This document shows positions 32,541 to 40,919 of a stretch of 52,063 nt of DNA, one piece after another. The position numbers were made by a program, and so were the translations under genes. Origin of the DNA: a virus; the IMG/VR virus record IMGVR_UViG_3300045988_076157, positions 1 to 52,063 of that record; one strand, given 5' to 3'. A model generated the notes under the pieces. The model saw nothing but the letters and a program-made list of their open reading frames with translations, was not told where the DNA came from and made no database searches. Positions within the stretch are counted from its first letter, which is position 1. Each line of letters opens with the position of its first letter.

Positions 32541-32750
32541 GTGACCCGTGGGGAATATATGAGACAGGCTCGGAAACGTGCAGGTCTGACCATTAAACAG
32601 CTTGGTCGTTTATCAGGAGTGGGCTACTCTACAGTCAGTGAGTTGGAAAGAGGTATAAGAAATGACTGTAGAATATCCACCCTGGAGTTACTCGCAGACA
32701 CATTGAGAATCAGCATAGATGAATACATAGGACATACAAGGAGGAAATGA
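32541..32750 (+). CDS. XRE-family helix-turn-helix protein (Cro/CI-type)
   Basis: RKRAGLTIKQLGRLSGVGYSTVSELERG is a canonical HTH_3 pattern. Confidence 0.8.
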   Translation: MTRGEYMRQARKRAGLTIKQLGRLSGVGYSTVSELERGIRNDCRISTLELLADTLRISIDEYIGHTRRK

Positions 32751-32752
32751 TA

Positions 32753-33121
32753 ATGATTAACCGGTTTACTTCCCAGATTCATGCTCTGATGAAAGAGCTG
32801 TGCGTTCCCATGAGAAACAAAGGGTATGACTACATCTTCAAAGCAGTAGAGATCCTGCTTGAGAATCCCAAAATTAGACTGTCTCTTACCAAGGAAGGTG
32901 GAGTGTATGAGCAAGTGGCTACCTACTATGGAGTACGAAACAATACCGTGGAACGCTGTATCCGCACATGCGTAGAAGCTGTGTATCTTGTTGCACCTAC
33001 TGAAACAATTCAGAAAGTGATTGGAGGAAACTTCAACGATTATACCGGCAAAATTACAAACGGTGACTTCTTGTATGCGTTGCGAAATGAGGTGCTGATC
33101 AGAGGAGGTGGTGCTTTGTGA
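32753..33121 (+). CDS. Spo0A C-terminal (effector, DNA-binding) domain-only protein
   Basis: CVPMRNKGYDYIFKAVEILL...LTKEGGVYEQVATYYGVRNNTVERCIRTCVEAVY...GKITNGDFLYAL parallels Spo0A GVPAHIKGYLYLREAI...[32 protein letters not shown]...KPTNSEFIA. There is no receiver domain. Confidence 0.85.
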   Translation: MINRFTSQIHALMKELCVPMRNKGYDYIFKAVEILLENPKIRLSLTKEGGVYEQVATYYGVRNNTVERCIRTCVEAVYLVAPTETIQKVIGGNFNDYTGKITNGDFLYALRNEVLIRGGGAL

Positions 33122-33172
33122 TACAGACGCCTGATTTATCTGACTTGAAGAAACGTCTGTCTGAGTAAAGAT

Positions 33173-33214
33173 GCCCCTGATGGGAGAAATCCTGTCAGGG
33201 GCTTATTCTATTTT
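33173..33214 (+). terminator. Rho-independent terminator ending the first early operon
   Basis: Stem GCCCCTGA / TCAGGGGC followed by TTATTCTATTTT. Confidence 0.7.
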
Positions 33215-33342
33215 GTATAAAATTTCTTAAAGTTCTTGATTTTTCCTCCAAATGCCAAAATTTGATAACTTCTAGTTTGGGTAAAAGACTCAAAAGCCTT
33301 AAATCCTACAGAATCGCTAACTTATTCTTGTAAAACTACAAC

Positions 33343-33371
33343 TTTACTTTTGTAAAAAGACGAGTTATAGT
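33343..33371 (+). promoter_or_regulatory. Consensus phage promoter TTTACT-17-TATAGT
   Basis: CAACTTTACTTTTGTAAAAAGACGAGTTATAGTATGCTTGTAAGT. Confidence 0.6.
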
Positions 33372-33417
33372 ATGCTTGTAAGTTAAAAGTACACCGAACT
33401 TCAAGGAGGATACAGAT

Positions 33418-33567
33418 ATGACATTCAAGCAGATAATCAAAGCCATTTCCGAGGGTACTCCTGTGGATGAGATCTGTGGTATGATTGATAATTCTTTTGG
33501 ACTTGGAAAGATTTCTTGGTCTGATCATGAGATGCTCTATAATTTGATAGCTCGTTTGGCTGACTGA
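33418..33567 (+). CDS. Small hypothetical protein (49 aa, MTFKQIIKAISEGTPVDEICGMIDNSFGLGKISWSDHEMLYNLIARLAD)
   Basis: Below the track cutoff. RBS AAGGAGGA 8 nt upstream. Confidence 0.5.
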   Translation: MTFKQIIKAISEGTPVDEICGMIDNSFGLGKISWSDHEMLYNLIARLAD

Positions 33568-33587
33568 TTTCAAGGAGGATTACAAAT

Positions 33588-33956
33588 ATGGTTACGATTT
33601 ACAAGGATAAACGCACTGGTAAGATGTATGCTCTGAACAGGATGATCACAATGGGCAACAAGGTGAACCTGGTTCAGATGGGTGGCAAGGAGAACAAGTT
33701 TGTTTCTGAGAGCACCCTCAAGCGTTGGTACAGCAAGTGGGATGAGGTTAACATGGTTGTTGAACTCAAAGCCTTTACTGGCATGATCATCGGTTGGTTC
33801 AAGGTCGAAGATGAGACGAAGGATACCATCGGTTTCTGGACCAAGTCAAACAAGTACCTGACATTTGACAAAGTGTCTGATGCTCAGCTGAACGCCAAGA
33901 ATCCCAAGTTCGCTAACCACATCGGGATGACCCTGGGTTATCCCACTGTATTTTGA
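33588..33956 (+). CDS. Hypothetical protein. Its C-terminal half is paralogous to the N-terminal domain of 43457-43885.
   Basis: RBS AAGGAGGA. Shares the K.FTG...G.F.V....K.T...FD+....Q.N....AN pattern. Confidence 0.7.
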   Translation: MVTIYKDKRTGKMYALNRMITMGNKVNLVQMGGKENKFVSESTLKRWYSKWDEVNMVVELKAFTGMIIGWFKVEDETKDTIGFWTKSNKYLTFDKVSDAQLNAKNPKFANHIGMTLGYPTVF

Positions 33957-33969
33957 GGAGGACAAGACA

Positions 33970-34623
33970 ATGACTGACATGAACAAGATCACCGACAAGA
34001 TCCAGAAGTTGCTCAATCTGGCGGGCAACAATCCTAACGAGGAGGAGGCTCAGGCCGCTCTCCTCAAGGCTCAAGAGCTCATGGCTCAGTACAACCTCGA
34101 CAGGGAGTCTTTGGGTGACAAGGAGAAAATCAAGTACTCCTTCGAAATCTCCAATGTCAAGGCCAATCCCAGAGCAAGACGATTGCTCAGCATCATCGCT
34201 GAGGCTTTCGCTTGTAATCCCCTGATCTCCGCAGATCACAAGTGCGGCTTCTTTGGCCGAGAGGACAATGCCAAAGCTGCCAAGGAATGTATGCAGTTTA
34301 TTCACCGTACGATGGAGCGTGGCATGAACCGTGTGTGCAAAGAGCACGGTCTTAAGTCTACAGCTGTTGCAGGTGCTTCTGATATCTACAACGGTTATGC
34401 AGCCGGATTCCTGTCCGGTCTTAAGGAGGTTGTAGATGCTCAGACTGTGGCCTTGGCTGTGGTTGTAACTCAGGATGTGAAGGACGCCTATGCTGCCCGT
34501 TTCCCCAATCTGGGTACATTCAAGGGCAAGACTACTACATGGAATCATGCGTACAAGGACGCCTATCAGTCCGGTGTAACAGATGGACGTTCCGCCATGG
34601 GGAAGAGATCCTTGAAGGCATAA
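33970..34623 (+). CDS. DUF2786-type protein (N-terminal KIQKLLNLA...NEEEAQAALLKAQELM motif)
   Basis: Characteristic N-terminal helix pair of DUF2786 proteins, common in phage and plasmid replication regions. Confidence 0.7.
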   Translation: MTDMNKITDKIQKLLNLAGNNPNEEEAQAALLKAQELMAQYNLDRESLGDKEKIKYSFEISNVKANPRARRLLSIIAEAFACNPLISADHKCGFFGREDNAKAAKECMQFIHRTMERGMNRVCKEHGLKSTAVAGASDIYNGYAAGFLSGLKEVVDAQTVALAVVVTQDVKDAYAARFPNLGTFKGKTTTWNHAYKDAYQSGVTDGRSAMGKRSLKA

Positions 34624-34766
34624 ATGAAAAGGTGTGAAAAGGGTAGGACGGAGCAAGGATAACACCGAGAATCGAAGGAATCCTTGTTCTGTTCACCCGA
34701 ATTTGTGACTTTCTTTTTTCCGTCCGAAGGAGTATACTTGGATTATACCGATTGGAGGTTTTTGCT

Positions 34767-35363
34767 ATGGATTATCAATTTTCTGTCAAAACAATGTCTG
34801 AGTCCCAGCGCATGTTGGCTCTCACAAAAGCCCTTATCATGAGTGGAGTCAGTTTGGATGTGTTTCCTTTGGCGTGGCTCAACGGCACCGATTTCTATCG
34901 TGCTCCCGCATCTAAGCACTTTCATGCTGCCTATTCTGGAGGCCTGTTTGAGCACAGCCTGAATGTAACAGTGAAGTTACTTCAGTTCACCGAAGCCGGT
35001 CTGTGTTCTCCCTGGGGTAGACCCGAAAGCCCCATCATTATTGGTATGCTTCATGACACCACAAAGATCAACCGTTACAAAGCGTACCAGGACATGAACA
35101 CAGTCACTCAGGAAATGGAGACCTTCTACCAGGACAATCCTGAGTATGAGAATCTCGGCGGTCACGGTAACGATTCTGTTCTCAAGCTCAAGAAGGTCAT
35201 GGATCTCATTGAAGAAGAGGAACTGTGTATCAGGTACCACATGGGCGCTTATGAGACAGAGGATTGGGACGGCTTTGATAAAGCTATTCGGAAGTTCCCA
35301 AATGTGCTCTTCACCCACACAGCTGACATGTATGCTTCTAAGTGCATGGAGGTGACTCCATGA
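34767..35363 (+). CDS. HD-domain phosphohydrolase
   Basis: HFHAAYSGGLFEHSL ... MLHDTTK ... GHGNDS fits the HD-superfamily metal-binding pattern. ATG at 34767 after GGAGG. Confidence 0.7.
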   Translation: MDYQFSVKTMSESQRMLALTKALIMSGVSLDVFPLAWLNGTDFYRAPASKHFHAAYSGGLFEHSLNVTVKLLQFTEAGLCSPWGRPESPIIIGMLHDTTKINRYKAYQDMNTVTQEMETFYQDNPEYENLGGHGNDSVLKLKKVMDLIEEEELCIRYHMGAYETEDWDGFDKAIRKFPNVLFTHTADMYASKCMEVTP

Positions 35364-36376
35364 GGAACAAGCCTAAGGATGTTCCATACTGTGGTGTGAG
35401 AAAGGACAGAATTCTCAAAGGAGAGCCTGTGGTAGATCCTGAGATACTCCGGTATCTGTATCAGTTTATTGTAAGACGATACAAGATCCATCTGCGGAAA
35501 GATGTTCAGGGTTTGCCTTCTCCTTGGACAAAGGATCCTGTATTACAAGAATACAGGTTCACCAACGTGAGACGAGAACATGACAGAGAAACCAAGTGGC
35601 TGATCAAGAACATTACAAGCAACCCTGATCTGTCCTATCCAAACAAACTCTTGAACTGTATCTTGTTCCGGTTATACAACAAACATGAGACTTCTGAACT
35701 GATCTCTCAACCTATTCCTTTTGATAAGTATAAGTCTTCAGGGGGGTGGGATCCTGAGTGGTATCGTGCTCTGTTTGAAGCTGCCCAAGCAGAAGATTCT
35801 CACAGGGTGTTCTTCACTGGAGCATTCATTACTGGAGGACTGAAGCGAGCACTGAAATGGTATCTACCCAAGGATGATCCTAAAAACAGCATGGAAATGA
35901 GAATGTTGTGGTTTATGAAAGTCCTCATAGACGATAATGTTGTCAGCAAGATCAAGTCTGCAGTTAACCAAAAAGAGGTGTTCAAAACTCTATGCAGCTA
36001 TGACGGACTTGGGGAGCTTCTGTCTTATCAGATCTTTGTAGATATGACTTACATAGAAGAGTTTCCTTTCAGCGAAAATGAGTTTACTGTAGCAGGTCCT
36101 GGTTGTAAGATAGGACTGAGATTTCTGTTTAAAGACACAGATGGTATGACCCCAGAAGAATGTTTGTTCTGGTTGAGAGATAACCTTGAGTCTATCTTCA
36201 AAAACAAGACCAAGGGGAAATTCAGCTGCGAAGCTCTCTTTACAGATTTGCCTGAGTATGATCGCTGTTTTAATGTCATGAGCTTGGAGAACTGTTTCTG
36301 TGAGTTGAGTAAATATGTGAGAGCTACTAAAGGAACAGGCAGACCCAGAAAGAGATACAAGGAGGTACATGAATGA
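35360..36376 (+). CDS. Helical DNA base-hypermodification-type protein (resembles the 5-hm-pyrimidine DNA kinase helical domain / aGPT-pyrophosphorylase group, tentative)
   Basis: The string PWTKDPVLQEYRFTNVRREHDRETKWL and the later GLGELLSYQIFVDMTY...FTVAGPGCKIGLRFLF recall that group. No P-loop. ATGA overlap with the HD gene. Confidence 0.4.
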   Translation: MRNKPKDVPYCGVRKDRILKGEPVVDPEILRYLYQFIVRRYKIHLRKDVQGLPSPWTKDPVLQEYRFTNVRREHDRETKWLIKNITSNPDLSYPNKLLNCILFRLYNKHETSELISQPIPFDKYKSSGGWDPEWYRALFEAAQAEDSHRVFFTGAFITGGLKRALKWYLPKDDPKNSMEMRMLWFMKVLIDDNVVSKIKSAVNQKEVFKTLCSYDGLGELLSYQIFVDMTYIEEFPFSENEFTVAGPGCKIGLRFLFKDTDGMTPEECLFWLRDNLESIFKNKTKGKFSCEALFTDLPEYDRCFNVMSLENCFCELSKYVRATKGTGRPRKRYKEVHE

Positions 36377-36963
36377 AAACAAGAAATGAGATGAGACGAG
36401 ACAGAACCTTAGCTTGGTTGGTAGTGATTTGCATAATTTTGGTTGCGATTTCAGGAGTAAGTTTGGCGTGCTCTCTTTGGGAAAGCCATAAGAACAATCA
36501 GCCTTTAGATAGAGAGTCTAAGACTGTGTATTCTGAAATAGGAACTCCTCTACGAATTGTCCCCCCTCCCAAGATCATTCTCAGCCCTGATACATCTACT
36601 CCTCAAGCTCCAGAATACGATTATGACTATGTATGTCGTGTAGTTATGGCTGAGACCGGCGGAGAATATAATGAAGATCTGACTCTGGCCGTCTGTCAGG
36701 CTATTATGAATGCGGCTACAGAAAACGATTGGACTCCTGAGGAAGTCTGTATCAATTACAAGTACACAGGACCTCATGACTATGTGAGTGATTTCATACA
36801 AGATATCTGTGACAGAATCTTCCTCTATGGAGAAGTCTATGAGGACTCAGGGAATGCCCAAGTTTTCTACAACCCTTCATATGGACATAGCAGCTATCAT
36901 GAGAGTCAAATCTTTGTGTGTGAGATTGGTGGAGTTCGTTTCTTTGAAAGGGTGGCTGTATGA
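36373..36963 (+). CDS. Membrane-anchored SleB/CwlJ-family cell wall hydrolase (Hydrolase_2)
   Basis: N-terminal TM LAWLVVICIILVAISGVSLA. Catalytic-domain pattern VCRVVMAETGGE...LAVCQAIMNA...QVFYNPS...EIGGVRFF parallels SleB (ARLVYSEARGE...VAAVVLNR...FYNP...IGNHVF). Confidence 0.7.
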   Translation: MKTRNEMRRDRTLAWLVVICIILVAISGVSLACSLWESHKNNQPLDRESKTVYSEIGTPLRIVPPPKIILSPDTSTPQAPEYDYDYVCRVVMAETGGEYNEDLTLAVCQAIMNAATENDWTPEEVCINYKYTGPHDYVSDFIQDICDRIFLYGEVYEDSGNAQVFYNPSYGHSSYHESQIFVCEIGGVRFFERVAV

Positions 36964-37781
36964 TACCTGTATTTGTTCCATCCTACAAGCGTCCCAAGGC
37001 TACCTTACTTGTTCGTTCACTGAACTGGGACTTTCCTCTGTATGTATTTGTACGCAAAGAGGAACTTGAGGACTATTCTTGGATAAAGAAACGTCCTAAT
37101 ACCAAGCTGATAACTTTGAAAAATGTACACGACATCGGTGAGACTCGAGCAGCAATGTTACGATATGCTTCAGTACATGGCATCCCTCGGGTGTTCATGT
37201 TGGATGATGACGTTACACGATTAGATCTGTCCGTATGGGACGAGGAGCGCCGGGTAGTGCGTGCCTCTGGTACGGTACGAGGGTGTCCTGAAAACTGGCA
37301 GGTCGTTCTTGCAGAGTGGGAAAGCTTGTGGGGAGATGAAGCCCTATTTGGTGCTTCTTACAGACCATTCAGTTGGAGCATAAAGAAAAATGCACTCAAT
37401 ACCAATCGGCGTGTTCAACTTCAACAAGCTGTAGGTGTGAATGTGGAGCGCATTGTAGCTGAGGGACTCCGATACTACAGCAATAAAGATGTAGGCAATG
37501 AAGACCTGTTCTTACAACTAGAATGCTATCAACAGGGACTTGAGTGTGTACAGACTCCGATGATACAGTATGATTGTCCCGCTATGGGTGCTGGGAAAGG
37601 AGGCTGTAATGCTTCCGAACTTGGCTCAATTGCTGAGAAGCAACATCGACGCGTGAGGAAATTCCTGAAGGCTTGTGGTAATGACCCCGCAGTCCGTGTA
37701 TCAACTACTCGAAGTGGAGTAGAAAGCATAAAGTTCAACTGGAAAGTGATTGACAAATTGATGGGAGGATCCTATGAGTAA
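36960..37781 (+). CDS. GT-A-like glycosyltransferase (TET/JBP-associated TAGT-like, tentative)
   Basis: IPVFVPSYKRP N-terminus and MLDDDV (DxD) motif. Embedded among nucleotide-modification genes. Confidence 0.45.
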   Translation: MIPVFVPSYKRPKATLLVRSLNWDFPLYVFVRKEELEDYSWIKKRPNTKLITLKNVHDIGETRAAMLRYASVHGIPRVFMLDDDVTRLDLSVWDEERRVVRASGTVRGCPENWQVVLAEWESLWGDEALFGASYRPFSWSIKKNALNTNRRVQLQQAVGVNVERIVAEGLRYYSNKDVGNEDLFLQLECYQQGLECVQTPMIQYDCPAMGAGKGGCNASELGSIAEKQHRRVRKFLKACGNDPAVRVSTTRSGVESIKFNWKVIDKLMGGSYE

Positions 37782-38250
37782 CAAAAGTTGGTTAGATATG
37801 GCCGAAATGTATGCGAAACAGCACAGTGGCTGTAACAAGGTGGCTGTGGGTTGTGCTATTGTATCTTTGACTAGCAACAACGTCTTGGCTTTTGGAGCTA
37901 ACAAAGCCATGCCTGATCTGTGCAAATCCCCCAGGGGTTGTTTGAGGGTTGAGCTGTATGGAGACGACAGCAAGAACCACCGGAACTCTGGTGATTGCCG
38001 AGCTATTCATAGTGAGATTGATGCAATTGCTTCTGCAGCTCGCTATGGGATTTCCTTGAATCGATCCGTGGCATATGTTACACGTTATCCCTGCGAGAGC
38101 TGTGCCAAAGCTTTGATCCAGGCTGGCATCTATGAGGTGTACTATGGAGGTACAGCTGAGATCAGTGATTACACCAGAGCGCTCTTTGAACGATACAATG
38201 TAAGATGTTACCATGTCACAGATTGGCGTGAGGATCTGTCTGACCGATAA
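37774..38250 (+). CDS. dCMP deaminase (ComEB/cytidine-deoxycytidylate deaminase family)
   Basis: Zinc motifs HSEIDAI (HxE) and PCESCAKAL (PCxxC). Confidence 0.85.
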   Translation: MSNKSWLDMAEMYAKQHSGCNKVAVGCAIVSLTSNNVLAFGANKAMPDLCKSPRGCLRVELYGDDSKNHRNSGDCRAIHSEIDAIASAARYGISLNRSVAYVTRYPCESCAKALIQAGIYEVYYGGTAEISDYTRALFERYNVRCYHVTDWREDLSDR

Positions 38251-38262
38251 GGAGGGTTGATT

Positions 38263-38766
38263 ATGGAATACGTTGGGTTGAGTCAAGCTCAGTTGGACAT
38301 TTTGGCAAAGGCTAGAAGCACATACGGTGCTACTGCACAGATCCTTGTATCTAATGAGGAACTCTGTGAGCTGGCTGCGGTGTGTGCTAAGTTCCCTCGC
38401 TATGAGTCTCCTGAGAAAGCTAGGGAGGAGCTCTATGACCGAGCTGTGGATGAGGTAGCAGATGTGATTATCGTTTTGGATCACATCGTGAGCATCTTCG
38501 ATATCAAAGCTGAAGACATGAGAACTCGTATTTCCGGGAAGATTGGTCGTCTGGCCTATTGGCTGAGTCAATCTGAGTCTATGGAAGAGACTACTCTCTA
38601 TCGAGACATACCTTCTACTGATCCAAATCAACTGTCCCTGTTTGATAACCTTGGTTGTCCTTGCGTTGGCTGTAGTTACTACAAGAACTTCCTGGAACTG
38701 AAGATCGGGGGGAAGTGCTATGAATGCCGAGGGACTGGCAAAAACTTCAATCCAAGGGAGGACTAA
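38263..38766 (+). CDS. MazG-like nucleotide pyrophosphohydrolase with a C-terminal Cys cluster
   Basis: LVSNEELCELAAV...DEVADVIIVLDHI fits the MazG EExxE/D...ADV pattern. C-terminus CPCVGC...CYECRGTG. Confidence 0.7.
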   Translation: MEYVGLSQAQLDILAKARSTYGATAQILVSNEELCELAAVCAKFPRYESPEKAREELYDRAVDEVADVIIVLDHIVSIFDIKAEDMRTRISGKIGRLAYWLSQSESMEETTLYRDIPSTDPNQLSLFDNLGCPCVGCSYYKNFLELKIGGKCYECRGTGKNFNPRED

Positions 38767-38769
38767 TCC

Positions 38770-40707
38770 ATGCCCATGACATTGAGCGAGTTCAATCGCT
38801 TGATAGGACAAGACTCATACGTCCGCTGCATGGATAAGAAGCGGCTGGACACAGCTATCGTAAATGAAGCTGCTGCTGACGCTCATCTCTTCTCTGGAGG
38901 TCAGATTGGCTGGTGGGTTCGAACTGGTTACATAGTCGTTGACATTGACCAAGGCAAGGAAGAAGCTCTAAAAGTCATCAAGGCTCTTGGTCTTAAGACC
39001 CTGATGGCCAAGACTCCCAAGGGACTTCACCTGTACTTCAAATGTGACAAGGAGTACCCTCAGAAAGTCGGTATGGTTTTGCCTTGCGGATTGAAGTGCG
39101 ATTTCCGGTGTGCCAACAAAGGTTATGTGATTCTCCCCTGGGGTTCAGAAAATCGTTCCTTCAACAAGTGCAGACAAATTGCGGAGCTGTCTCCTGAATG
39201 GACGCCTATGGTTAACCGAAAGGAGACTTTGCTCGGACTCAAAGATGGAGATGGTCGTAACGCTACCCTGTTTGCTCATCTTATGGCCTACAAGAACAGA
39301 GGCGCTGACGATGAACAAATTGATCAGATAGCTAGAGTCATAAACAAGTACATCTTTGATGAGCCTATGGAGGACTCTGAGCTTGAGCGGATCATAGAGA
39401 ACACCAAGAACTATGAAGCTGCCAAACAGTTTGACAATCCTTATCTGCTCTATAATGGCAAAGGCATACCAAACGGTGTGAATTATAGAGCAATCTGTGA
39501 CTCGTTTGTAAACCGTGGGGATATCTTTGTACTTGGAGGAGAGTGCTATCAGTACAAAGACGGTGTGTATTCTGAGGCTAGTAGTTATGTTCGCAACGCC
39601 ATTAAGGACATGATTGTTGTAGACAACTTGATTACTCAGACTCGGATCATGGAGGCATATCGTCTCATAACTGATGACACTCGCTTGCAGCGGACAGCTC
39701 TTGAACTCAACCGTGACAAGAATCTCATCAATTTTCAGAACGGTGTATGGGATATCGACAAGAAGGAGCTCCTCCCCCATGATAGCAAGTATCTTCAGAC
39801 TCTTCAAATCCCCCATTCCATTGGGGAGTATGTTCCTTTCAAGGAGACTAAACTGTTTGATTTCTTCCAGAAAACCAAGCTTCCCAAGGAAGATGTCAAG
39901 ATGTTGCTCAAATACATGGCCTATTGCTTGACGCTGGACTATGGTTTGAAGACTTTCATGATTCTCTGCGGACAATCCAATACCGGTAAATCCGTCTTGA
40001 TTAGGTTCTTTGAGACTCTTGTGGGTAAACAAAACGTGTCCTCTCTGAGCATGCACGAGCTGAATATGCGATTTTATCCAGCTCAGCTGTATAACCGCTT
40101 GCTCAACTCTTGCGCAGATAACTCGTCCTTGCCTCTGTCCTCTATCGAGAACTTGAAAAAGATCACCGGTGGCGACCAAATTATGCATGAACGGAAAGGC
40201 AAGGAGCCCTTCTTCTTTGTACCGTTTTGTAAGTTGATTTTCTCATTCAACCAGTTACCCTTACAGCTGGAAGAAAAATCCAACGCATTCTACAAGCGTA
40301 TGAGGATTCTGTTCATGAATAGGGAACTGTTTTTGAACAACGAGTATGTCAATGATCTTTGTAGCGAGGAAAGCGTATCCCAAGTCATTCCCTATCTGTT
40401 ACGGTTACTTCCTCTGAAGGAGATTCCTAGAACAAGTATGAGTGACAGATACGTGGAAGCTCTTAGACAAGACAGTGATAGCATTCATGCATTTGTATTT
40501 AACTATTGCGAGCTTGGAAACGACTGTATTGTGGAGAAGAATGCTCTATATGAAGCATACTGCCGGTTTTGTATTGATACTGGAAGAGAAAGCCATAAAA
40601 AGCATGCCTTTGCTCGTAACATGAGGGCACGAGGCTTCAAGGATCTACGGGATAGCAAATCCCGAGATTACGTTTGGTCTGGCATTGCTTTGAAGAAAGG
40701 AGTGTGA
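38770..40707 (+). CDS. Primase-helicase (Prim-Pol domain + D5_N + P4/D5-type SF3 helicase)
   Basis: Prim-Pol segment YIVVDIDQGKEE...KTPKGLHLYF. P-loop MILCGQSNTGKS. 645 aa. Confidence 0.9.
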   Translation: MPMTLSEFNRLIGQDSYVRCMDKKRLDTAIVNEAAADAHLFSGGQIGWWVRTGYIVVDIDQGKEEALKVIKALGLKTLMAKTPKGLHLYFKCDKEYPQKVGMVLPCGLKCDFRCANKGYVILPWGSENRSFNKCRQIAELSPEWTPMVNRKETLLGLKDGDGRNATLFAHLMAYKNRGADDEQIDQIARVINKYIFDEPMEDSELERIIENTKNYEAAKQFDNPYLLYNGKGIPNGVNYRAICDSFVNRGDIFVLGGECYQYKDGVYSEASSYVRNAIKDMIVVDNLITQTRIMEAYRLITDDTRLQRTALELNRDKNLINFQNGVWDIDKKELLPHDSKYLQTLQIPHSIGEYVPFKETKLFDFFQKTKLPKEDVKMLLKYMAYCLTLDYGLKTFMILCGQSNTGKSVLIRFFETLVGKQNVSSLSMHELNMRFYPAQLYNRLLNSCADNSSLPLSSIENLKKITGGDQIMHERKGKEPFFFVPFCKLIFSFNQLPLQLEEKSNAFYKRMRILFMNRELFLNNEYVNDLCSEESVSQVIPYLLRLLPLKEIPRTSMSDRYVEALRQDSDSIHAFVFNYCELGNDCIVEKNALYEAYCRFCIDTGRESHKKHAFARNMRARGFKDLRDSKSRDYVWSGIALKKGV

Positions 40708-40709
40708 AC

Positions 40710-40919
40710 ATGGAAAAAAGACCTGTCCCCGGATTTGAAGGAAGATATGAGATAGACGCTCAAGGCTCTGTGTACAATATCAAAGGGCACCCGATCAAGC
40801 CTGTACGCACTCCGTATGGGGATGTTGTTGATCTTTGTGCATATGGACAACGAGAGCTACTTCTCATAAACGATATTCTCAAGGAGGTGTTTGACATTGC
40901 CCCAGGTAAAGGTTGTTGA
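40710..40919 (+). CDS. Small NUMOD4-motif protein
   Basis: VPGFEGRYEIDAQGSVYNIKG matches the NUMOD4 pattern. No nuclease domain follows it. Confidence 0.6.
   Translation: MEKRPVPGFEGRYEIDAQGSVYNIKGHPIKPVRTPYGDVVDLCAYGQRELLLINDILKEVFDIAPGKGC

Noticed and set aside
32541-32750. A lysogeny switch (CI/Cro) implying a temperate lifestyle
   Set aside because: Only a single small XRE HTH protein and a Bro-N protein were found. There is no integrase, excisionase, divergent repressor pair or attachment site, so no lysogeny module is called.
34650-34766. Possible ninth promoter (CTTTCTTTTT ... TATACT) and hairpins upstream of the HD gene
   Set aside because: The -35-like element lacks the conserved A of TTTACT, and the spacing is 18 nt to a weaker -10. 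The nested stems (GGACGGA/TCCGTCC and CAAGGAT/ATCCTTG) are noted but lack a clear terminator T-tract. The evidence is too weak to annotate.
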